Positions 23,285 through 33,345 of a DNA stretch of 64,000 nucleotides are shown in pieces (the first letter of the stretch is position 1; each line of letters starts with the position of its first letter). Source of the DNA: Eutreptiella sp. 'Long Island Sound 2002' (Eukaryota; Protista; Euglenida); assembly GCA_964036045.1 (NCBI GenBank), contig OZ038379.1, positions 38,688,001-38,752,000 of the forward strand. Direction: 5' to 3'. The notes under the pieces are model-generated. The model had not been told where the DNA came from. It did not search any database and saw only the letters and a program-made list of their open reading frames with translations. Made by a program: the position numbers and the translations under genes.

Positions 23285-23712
23285 GGGCCCGGATAGGGAC
23301 CCAAGGGGCCACAATGGCCATGGACAAGAAACATAAACACACACATGATGCATTCCATGTTGCGTTGTGCCATTGTTAGGAGGGTTAATATTTGGGAAAA
23401 TGAGTTAATATTTGTGAGATTAATATTAATGCCGGCGACCCTTTAATTTTTAACTTTTCAAATATTAATGGAAAAATTAAAAACAAAAATTAAAGCCGAG
23501 AGCCATTTTAACATTTTGAAACAACCACATGGGTAGGACCCCCCCACCAACCCCCGGGGGAAAATGACACCCAAGCCCGTAAGGCAACCCGTGGGGGTCA
23601 TAATTTTAATGGCAAACGCCCTAACCCCCCCTAAGAAAATTGAAACTTGAGATTAACGTGTTAATTTTTGGCCAAATATTAAACATATTGACTTAAATTT
23701 GGGCCACTAGGG

Positions 23713-26640
23713 CACGCTTTGTTGCGTGGGCCTTGAGTTGGGATTAGGGACTCACAATCCACGCTTTGTTGTGTGGCCCCTTGAGTTGGGGTTAGGCACT
23801 CTCAATCCACGCTTTGTTGCTTACCCCTCGAGTTGCGGTTAGGGACTCTCAATCCACACTTTGTTGCGTGGCCCCTTGAGTTGGGGTTAGGGACTCTCAA
23901 TCCACGCTTTGTTGTGTGGCCCCTTGAGTTGGGGTTAGGGACTCTCAATCCACGCTTTGTTGCGTGGCCCCTTGAGTTGGGGTTAGGCACTCTCAATTCA
24001 CACTTTGTTGCGTGGCCCCTTGAGTTGGGGTTAGGGACTCACAATTTACACTTCGTTGCGTGGCCCCTCGGGCTGGGGTTAGGGACTCTCAATCCACGCT
24101 TTGTTGCGTGGCCCCTTGAATTGGGGTTAGGCACTCTGAATTCACACTTTATTGCGTCGCACCTTGAGTTGGGGTTAGGGACACCGAATCCACGCTTTGC
24201 TGCGTGGCCCCTTGAGTTGGGGTTAGGCACTCTCAATTGACAGTTTATTGCGTCGCTCCTTGAGTTGGGGTTAGGCACTCTCAGTCCACACTTTGTTGCG
24301 TGGCCCTTGAGTTTGGGTTGGGACTCTCAATCCACGCTTTGTTGCTTCGCCCCTTGAGTTGGAGTTGGGGACTCACAATTCACACTTTGTTGTGTGGCCC
24401 CTTGAGTTGGAGTTGGGGACTCACAATTCACATTTTGTTGCGTGGCCCCTTGAGTTGGGGTTAGGCACTCTCAATCCACACTTTGTTGCGTGGCCCTTGA
24501 GTTTGGGTTAGGACTCTCAATCCACGCTTTGTTGCGTGGCCCCTTGAGTTGGAGTTGGGGACTCACAGTTCACACTTTGTTGTGTGGCGCCTTGAGTTGG
24601 AGTTGGGGACTCACAATTCACACTTTGTTGTGTGGCCCCTTGAGTTGGGGTTAGGGACTCTCAATCCACGTTTTGTTGCGTGGCCCCTTGAGTTGGAGGT
24701 GGGGACTCACAATTCACACTTTGTTGTGTGGCCCCTTGAGTTGGGGTTAGGGACTCACAATCCACGCTTTGTTGTGTCGCCCCTTGAGTTGGGGTTAGGG
24801 ACTCTCAATCCACGCTTTGTTGCGTGGCCCCTTGAGTTGGAGTTGGGGACTCACAATTCACACTTTGTTGTGTGGCCCCTTGAGTTGGGGTTAGGGACTC
24901 TCAATCCACGTTTTGTTGCGTGGCCCCTTGAGTTGGAGGTGGGGACTCACAATTCACACTTTGTTGTGTGGCCCCTTGAGTTGGGGTTAGGGACTCACAA
25001 TCCACGCTTTGTTGTGTCGCCCCTTGAGTTGGGGTTAGGGACTCTCAATCCACGCTTTGTTGCGTGGCCCCTTGAGTTGGAGTTGGGGACTCACAATTCA
25101 CACTTTGTTGTGTGGCCCCTTGAGTTGGGGTTAGGGACTCACAATCCACGCTTTGTTGTGTCGCCCCTTGAGTTAGGGTTAGGGACTCTCAATCCACGCT
25201 TTGTTGCGTGGCCCCTTGAGTTGGAGTTGGGGACTCACAATTCACACTTTGTTGTGTGGCCCCTTGACTTGGAGTTGGGGACTCAGAATTCACATTTTGT
25301 TGAGTGGCCCCTTGAGTTGGGGTTAGAGACTCTCAATCCACACTTTGTTGCGTGGCCCCTTGAGTTGGGGTTGGGGACTCTCAATCCACGCTTTGTTGTG
25401 TGGCCCCTTGAGTTGCGGTTAGGGACTCTCAATCCACGCTTCGTTGTGTGGCCCCTTGAGTTGGGGTTAGGCACTCTCAATTCACACTTTGTTGCGTGGC
25501 CCCTTGAGTTGGAGTTGGGGACTCACGATTCACACTTTGTTGTGTGGCCCCTTGAGTTGGAGTTGGGGACTCAGAATTCACATTTTGTTGCGTGGCCCCT
25601 TGAGTTGGGGTTAGGGACTCTCAATCCACGCTTTGTTGCGTGGCCTCTTGAGTTGTGGTTAGGCACTCTCAATTCACACTTTGTTGCGTGGCCCCTTGAG
25701 TTGGGGTTAGGGACTCTCAATCCACGCTTTGTTGCGTGGCCCCTTGAGTTGGGGTTAGGGACTCTCAATCCACGCTTTGTGGCGTGGCCCCTTGAATTGG
25801 GATTAGGCACTCTCAATTCACACTTTATTGCGTCGCACCTTGAGTTGGGGTTAGGGACACTGAATCCACGCTTTGCTGCGTGGCCCCTTGAGCTGGGGTT
25901 AGGCACTCTCAATTCACAGTTTATTGCGTCGCTCCTTGAGTTGGGGTTAGGCACTCTCAATCCACGCTTTGTTGCGTGGCCCTTGAGTTTGGGTTAGGAC
26001 TCTCAATCCACGCTTTGTTGCATGGCCCCTTGAGTTGGAGTTGGGGACTCACAATTCACACTTTGTTGTGTGGCCCCTTGAGTTGGAGTTGGGGACTCAC
26101 AATTCACATTTTGTTGCGTGGCCCCTTGAGTTGGGGTTATGGACTCTGAATCCATGCTTTGTTGCGTGGCCCCTTGAGTTGGGGTTAGGGAGTCTGAATT
26201 CACACTTTATTGCGTGGCCCCTTGAGTTGGGGTTAGGCACTCTCAATCCACACTTTGTTGCGTGGCCCTTGAGTTTGGGTTAGGACTCGCAATCCACGCT
26301 TTGTTGCGTGGCCCCTTGGGTTGGAGTTGGGAACTCACAGTTCACACGTTGTTGCGTCGCGCCTTGAGTTGGAGTTGGGGACTCACAATTCACATTTTGT
26401 TGCGTGGCCCCTTGAGTTGGGGTTAGGGACTCTCAATCCACGCTTTGTTACGTGGCCCCTTGAGTTGGAGGTGGGGACTCACAATTCACACTTTGTTGCG
26501 TGGCCCCTTGAGTTGGGGTTAGGGACTCACAATCCACGCTTTGTTGTGTCGCCCCTTGAGTTGGGGTTAGGGACTCTCAATCCACGCTTTGTTGCGTGGC
26601 CCCTTGAGTTGGGGTTAGGGACTCTCAATCCACGCTTTGT
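23713..26640 (+). repeat. 48-bp satellite, block 2 (~61 units) including a 240-bp (5-unit) higher-order repeat
   Basis: Same unit as block 1; sequence at 24661 recurs at 24901 (240-bp period). Confidence 0.95.
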
Positions 26641-26681
26641 GGCCTATTTGGACCTGTTTGGACCTTAGTTGCTCTGGCCCT

Positions 26682-27010
26682 ATGGCGGAACCCATGCAAC
26701 TGGTATATAACCATGCTGACTCCCTTCCATCTTACATGGGTTTGCTTGCTGATGCTGCATCTGTCCCTGAGGAATCCATGGCTGAGGAAAATGAAGATGA
26801 GGATGAGGACATTCTTTGTGTTAATGGCCTCAGTGGTGATGCATTTGATTGTAATGACATTCTCATTTGTGAGGGTGCACATTTTGCCACGGTTGGTTGG
26901 CACCAATTTTGCCTGACACCTCCTCTCCACGAGATTCCTACCGGTTGTTGGTTGTGTCCTGAGTGTGTCTCTGCACAGGTTGGACCAGGTAGCCCCTTGG
27001 CTGATCCTGA
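26682..27010 (+). pseudogene. PHD-finger fragment preceded by an acidic tract, between forward and inverted satellite arms
   Basis: EENEDEDED-ILC...ILICEG...GWHQFCLTPPLHEIPTGCWLCPEC (26817-26966). H-x2-CL-x-PPL...P-x-G-x-W-x-CP-x-C is the classical PHD C-terminal half; two N-terminal Cys ligands are missing. Confidence 0.7.
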
Positions 27011-27481
27011 ACCCCAACTCAAGGGGCCACGCAACAAAGCGTGGATTGCGATTCCCTAACCCCAACTCAAGGGGCCACGCAACAAAGCATGGATTGCGAG
27101 CCCCCCCTAACTCCAATTCAAGGGGCCACACAACAAAGCGTGGATTGCGATTCCCTACCTCCAACTCGAGGGGCCATGCAACAAAACTAAGTTTTACCAC
27201 GGACCCTGCACTCTCGGGGGTCCCCGAACAGGGGTTCAAAAAGGGCCCTCACCAGGCCAGTCGAAAAATTCCCCTCAGAGCGGGGGACAAGATCAGAAGT
27301 GGCCAACAAGTGGCCTGAAAGTTGTAAAGCCTAGTTCTTTTGTTTTTGGAGGTTCTGAAACCTAGTAAAAAAAATTGTTTTTTTACTAGGTCCCCGATAC
27401 CTAGTAAAAACTAGTGAACCTAGTAAACTGTTACCTGAAAAAAATTTCAAAAAAATTTTTACGAGGTTTTACTACATACCC
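27011..27481. mobile_element. Right arm of a second element of the same MULE family: inverted 48-bp units, then 85-bp-unit remnants, CCTAGT repeats and the TIR
   Basis: 27011-27185 holds reverse-complement satellite units; ccctgcactctcgggggtcccc and cagagcgggggacaagatcagaagtggcc resemble the 85-bp unit; 27355-27481 parallels 8248-8597 (cctagtaaactgttacct...ggttttactacataccc). No matching left TIR or TSD found. Confidence 0.7.
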
Positions 27482-29667
27482 CATATGTTCCTGGTTCTCT
27501 GTCAAATTGTAAGCTATCCCACATTACTTACGGGAGCGGGGATGCAGCGGGGGCCATAGACCAAGGGCACAAAGGAAAGGGGGGAGGGGTAGAACCGGGG
27601 CAGGTGGAGTCGGTTGGCACTTTGGGTTGACGCACATGCTTGTGTGGTGTGGGGGTGTGCCTCCCGGCGTTTTTGTAGTTCTGAGTGGCTGCATATGGGC
27701 GGGACGCGCCCAGGGGGTGTGGGGGCCAGACCCAGACTAAGGGGGGCTCAGCCATTGTAGCAAGCATCCACAGAACCACCTGACTGGCAGCAAAATTTGA
27801 TCTGCAGCTCACTGCCAAAGTCCCAAAATCACCTTTTGCTCTGGAAGCTGCAAACAGTGGAGAAATGGCAACAAGGTGAGGTCCTAAGCTACGGCAACCC
27901 CAGTGTCCCTAGCTGACATGCTCTCCGGCTCTGTTGACCACTTGATGGCTGGGCACGTCCATTGGGCAATTCACAGCCTATGCGGGCACGTACTGGCAGC
28001 CACAGACCGAGGTAAGCGCATGTGAAGGGGCTCAGGTTGGGGGTAAAATTCATGTCGGGGGCCAGGCAGGGATGGACTGGGAGGGAGGGAGGGAAGGTGG
28101 GTCGTCTGCCCCCCGTCCCTTCTCTCCGCAGCCGGTCTCACCCTTTCCTTCGCACCAGCAGCAATGGCTGATCCTAACCGCTTCAAGCCATTTTGAGAGC
28201 CCCCCAACTGCCTTCCTAATAGCTTCTGACCCCCAACTCCTCGCCTCGCCCAACCTATGCACCCCTGAGGCCAGGACTGGAGGGGGAACATGAAGCCGGG
28301 TGCCCCAGCCTTCCGCCACTGGTCAGTACATCCCTCGCACCCCTTCAAAACAACGTGACAAGGTACATGAGGAGATAAGAACGGGAACAAAGGAGGGCAC
28401 ATGAGTCCCAAGGACCATCACAAGCCATTTGACTACCCCCACAGTGCCAGGTCCCGACCTCCAAAACACAAGGCCCTGCAGGCCACACACGATCATCCGT
28501 TGGGAACCAGCATCGACTTGGGGCTGCCAAGCGCACAGTCACGCAATCCCAAACACCAAGTGTGATCCGATGCCCCGCCCACCGCCTTCCATTCAGCACT
28601 ATCCATGACAATCCAGAACTCCTGCCGTGCCTCAGGAGAGGGGGGGCACACAGTACGCAGATCGGCTCAGTGCTTTCGTTTGCCTTTTGGATGCGTGAGC
28701 CCCGTACAGAACCGTCTCGGACCCACCCAATGTGAGTCCGGCCGAGACGGCGGTGGGAATTCCCAGGCCATTGCGGACAGCAGAGGATGCCGTGTCTGAT
28801 GCTTCGCCCGCCCCCTTCAGTGAGTGCAGTGACACAGCCCAGACCGGCATCTTCGCGGGTGCTCTTGTAGTGCAGGGAGGAGGTGAGGGGACGCTTACCA
28901 ATGTCTGGCCTGCAAGGCCAGTGGGCTTCACGCAGCAGCGCACAATAATAAGACGCGCGAAGAGGCTACACGGGGCGAAGCGAAGCACGGAACGCTTAGC
29001 TGTACAGGGGTGCCCACAGAATCCTCGTCCCGCCGCAGTCACAAAGTTCAAAACGCACGCACACGCGCACACTCATGATGACACAAACGATGCAAAGCGG
29101 TTAGACAATTCAACTCCTCCAGGGGGGCGCTCAGGAGGCGCGCAGCAGTTTGCTGTGCAAGCGGTGGGTGGCAGCATAAACGGCGTGCATCGTACCTCCC
29201 GCACCCCACTTGGACTCAGCTAAGACACAGCACACCGCCTTCGGCATAGCACGCATCTGGCATGCCCTTCTGGTCGCTAAGCAAACTGGGAGGGATCAAC
29301 GCCAGTCCGAAGACATCTGCCCTCCCACAGAAATGAGCCATTTGTCCCGCAGCCATGAGAGCTGAGGTCATGCATGTGTGCCCAAGTTGGTTCGAAGGGC
29401 TGCTGGTCTTCTTTTAGGGCGGAGGGACAGCATTGCGTGGAAGGGCACCAACCGCCAGGCCGCAGATGGAAATAAAAGCCCAGAGCACAGACATTTCCCC
29501 CACACGGTTGCCGGTGTAGATGGACAGGGACCGGGTAGGACATGGACATAGGACGTGTGTCACAGGCCATCTGGATTGTATTTGCTTCTTCCTCGGGGAG
29601 TCTGCTGCAGGCTATTCAGACGTGCCCGGCATCCCGGCCCTCGCCTGCGGCTAACAGCAACTTCGGC

Positions 29668-29727
29668 GCACGCACGCACGGACACACACACACGCACACA
29701 CACATACACACACACACACACACACGG
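29668..29727. repeat. (CA)n microsatellite
   Basis: Imperfect cacacaca tract seen directly. Confidence 0.85.
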
Positions 29728-32700
29728 TCGGAAAAAGACTCTTAAGTCCTAGATCTACGATGCGCGTCAGTGTGGAAGCAGAATCGGCTTACTGGGATGC
29801 ACATGACGGAAATGTGCAGAATTATGTAGCACACACAAGCACGCAATTTGCGAAACACACCCACACACACACAGGTCAGGGGGAAACCACCTGCAAGCGC
29901 CAATCCCCTTGGGGACAAGTCGTTGTAAACTCTAGTTTCCATGGTCGGAGGGGTGCACTGGATCCTCGGTTTGGGACAGGGCTGTGAGGTAATGCTGGGC
30001 GCTTCACCTCCTCGGTGGGCGGCCTGAGTTCAGCCTTGAGAACTGCAAAGGATCAGGCAATCACAAGCACGGGTAGAGTGTTCTTACCACAGCATCCAAT
30101 GGCCAGTTTACATTGCTCAGTGATGCAGCAGTGTGTTGCCCCCTGCCCCCCCCCACGGGTCAAGGAGCCCCCGTTTCGCTAGTGCAGCCTTCGCACTGAA
30201 CCGGTTGTGATTACATGTTCGTGGGAGCTACGTAACTCCCTCACCCAGCCCCGATACTGACAGAGCAGCTTTGGCCGGCTGGCTCTTGGCTGACCACAAA
30301 CCCGACACTCCTGAAGCGCCAATTAGTCTAGTCGCTGAAATGTGGTTGCGGGATACATATGTCCCAGAGAATGTAGTCACTCCCTCAAGCTCCGCAAGGG
30401 GTCTATCGCCATTGCATTTTGATTGAGACTCCGAGACGATTCGGCACGGAGCGACTCAGAGTCTTCCGGCAGCAGTGATGTGTCTATTCTAAGGAAGAAG
30501 CGAAAGCAATAACGCGTCACTTCTGGAGAGCTTTCGTTGCGGATGATGAAGCACCATCTCCACCCACACTTTTTAACACCTTTGCCCCTGATCACGTCCC
30601 TGTTTCACCCATGACACCCCCGCCCCCACAGCATGAGAGGGACTCCACCCGTGTGTGAACACCTGGGGGGTCCAGATTGGCACCAGCCCCACTACCCAGC
30701 TGCGCATGGTCTTAGATCTTCAACTTTTGCATTCCCCCGGGGGTTAAACCTTCTGTGAGCCCGACCACTCGGGCTTAGGTGACGAATGCCGGTGGGGGCC
30801 CGACCTTTGGGTCAGGCTGAAGTGCTACTGTGAGATAACCAAATAAACGGCCATACACGGGGAGGGACGCCGGCTTCTGTGGCGCCAGTGGGGGCAGACT
30901 GCCCAGCACCCCCTCAGGCCCCTTCCGGTGGCGGCACCAAGACCTCCAACTGGGCCCGGCGACGGAGAGCCAGAAATACATTACCACGCTCCCTCCTGGT
31001 CCACTGATACTCAAAGTCCGGGGAGGCCTCTGGAACCCACACTCTCCGGATGGTGTTGTGCACCTGAATCCCTGGGACCCAAAACATTTTGCCACCTCCG
31101 TCCAAAGCCTACTTATTGAAGGCAACGCGGCACTCCACAGTCTACATCAGACACAAAGACAACAGCTCTGGACTGTGTTCTGTCCGCCTTAGAGTGGTCG
31201 ACGCACTGCCCCCTTCAGCCATCTGACCAAGCCAGGCCTGATCCGGTGGTGGTATGCCAACCATTTCCAAATACTCAGCAAGCCGTCGGCACAGGAGGCT
31301 CTCACAAGGCATCCTCCTATACAATGAACGATGAAGTACTGCCTCTGACGGCAGGACATGTGTAAGCAAACCAACACTGTGTCCGCTGGTTGCCCCCTAA
31401 TAGACCGCCTTGAGCTTTTCAAGGCAAACCTTTCACCTGGAGACGGGCCAGCACTTGACCGAGGCACCAGAAGGAAGGTCTGGGCACACGCCGTGACCTT
31501 CCCGACCATCTGACAATTTCAAATGAGGGCCCTGGGCAAACGAAGGGGGACACGGGAAAGGGGAAGCAGCAGACAGAGACGCGCTGGGTGTAGGCCTCCA
31601 AAGGGGCATAAAGGCAGTCTCCACGGTCCTGTCAGGGTGTAGGCGGTGCGGAAGGCCCGTCCTTCTGCAGAGCTTGCTATTTGCAGAGCAATGCACTCGA
31701 CAGAACGACTGGAAGCCTGCAGAGCCAGCCCCAGAGCAGGTGGGCACTATCACGGCTCGTCCAGGCGCAAATGGACACCCCTGGAGGCATGAGTGGAGAC
31801 CCCAGAGCTGGCTCCAATATGAGTTGAAACCGCCAGTGCCAGCAACCTCTCAGGCCCCCTTGTACAGCGGACCATGAGCAGTCGTCTCTACGAAGACGAC
31901 CCCTGTCGATCTCTGGCATGCAGATATGCCGGTGGAGGCGTCCACTCCAAGATGCCCTGAACAGAATGCACAATGCGAAGTGCTGGCACAATGAAAATGC
32001 CCTGAAGACACAAATGTGGGTCTGTTGCAATTGTAGGCTCCGTTCTGTGGACTTCAACAGCAAGGTGCTCTCAGTTTGGGGCGGGTGAATCAATAGGCCA
32101 GACAATACTCGGGGTGTTGCGCGCTTGCTTTGTGTGGGTGGGTGGGTGTCTGTCTGCAGAGGAACATCATATTCAGGAGGGCATCTGCCTATTAAGGTGC
32201 TGCACGCTAATGTGAAGGGAAGGGCTGAGGGTTAGCAGGTTAGAGCCTGCCTAAAGCCTGCCCTAGCCCTCTCCCGCCCATCCTGGTGTATCGCCGCGCG
32301 AGAGAAGCACCAGGCCCACCACTTCACATGGGATCTTCAGAGGAGCGCTGATGCCCAGGCTGCAGGCTGCACACCTCCTCGCCATTGCCTGCTGGCATGG
32401 CCGCCACCGGGATTTTCCCCTGCCCTATGGAGCTGCACTAGTAAGGCCCAACACCAGCAAACTGTCTGGGCGCGGCGCCGGCACCAGCAACAAGGCCTCG
32501 CATGCCCAAAGTCACCGCCCATCCCATGGCCACGGCCCATCTCTGCCCTTCCTGTGGGTATGACTAGTGTTTGCTGTCGGCCACATGGTGCTCTGCCAGC
32601 GCCATGCAATGGCCCATGTGGCCGTGGCCACATCGCTGTGCAAGTCTGTGCCCCATTGATGCACACATCCAGCATGTCGTGCACCTGTGCCTCTCACACA

Positions 32701-33209
32701 AGGAGCGGGAGCCCAAATGTTGTCCTAGGCTTGTGGGCAGCCCTACCGCTGAACGGGACGCTTAAGTAGGTCCTTGATCACCTGCCTGGTTTCAGGGTCT
32801 AGTTTCTCTACCTCCAACTTCGGAGTTTCTGCATCTATGTTTCAAACGTTTTGTTCGAACCCAGTCTCAACACGTTGAATAGATAAATCCTGTGAGAGCT
32901 CGAGAGGTCGCCGCTCTCTTGATCTCCACTATCTCCTGCGTGAGCCTTTTGTGGGCGCGGTGGAGGCTCTCATCTTGCCGCGTCACAACGTCAACGCGCT
33001 GTCCCAAGTCGTCCAAGGAGGAGTTGCGGTGTTGATTTGGCTGCAGATATGCAGCCTGCTGGCGTCCGCGGAGGCCTGCACCCCGCCGATGTCCGCGCGG
33101 TAAGTCTTGGTTTTTGCTTCCGCCCACGACAATGACTCCTCGAGGCACCATAGACGCGCCGCCGCTGCGATGTGGAACAACTTGTTTTGGGCCCCGTGTC
33201 TTTTGACCT

Positions 33210-33345
33210 CATCCTGACGCTATCGTGACGCCAAATTATCCTGACGCCTTCCTGACGCGTCCTGACGCATCCTGACGCGTTCCTGACGCCTACACTACCA
33301 CCTTGACAAACCCCTGACGCCCCCCTGATGTCATCCTGACGCCAT
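33210..33345 (+). repeat. Cluster of ~10 CCTGACGC motifs with variable short spacers
   Basis: atcctgacgctatcgtgacgcc...tcctgacgccttcctgacgcgtcctgacgcatcctgacgcgttcctgacgcc... Confidence 0.8.

Larger units (their letters stand above)
19598..23712 (+). mobile_element. CMC (EnSpm/CACTA-like) DNA transposon, 4115 bp, inserted in the satellite
   Basis: TIRs CCCTAGTGGCCCAAATT(A/T)AAGTCAATATGTT at 19598 and ending at 23712. 2-bp TSD CA (19596-19597, 23713-23714); removing the element restores a satellite unit (caatccacgctttg). CCCTA fits the CMCWR terminal consensus of CMC elements. Confidence 0.85.

Noticed and set aside
22256-23353. 365-aa minus-strand ORF and other frames over the second transposon gene
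   Set aside because: Shadow frames; splice sites and start contexts support the plus strand.
18106-26640. True telomere or chromosome-fusion site
   Set aside because: TTAGGG occurs once per 48-bp unit, never as tandem hexamers.
17973-26668. LELGLGTLNPRFVAWP-repeat proteins up to 482 aa
   Set aside because: Translation of the 48-bp satellite; frames are broken by 1-bp indels and stops without pattern.
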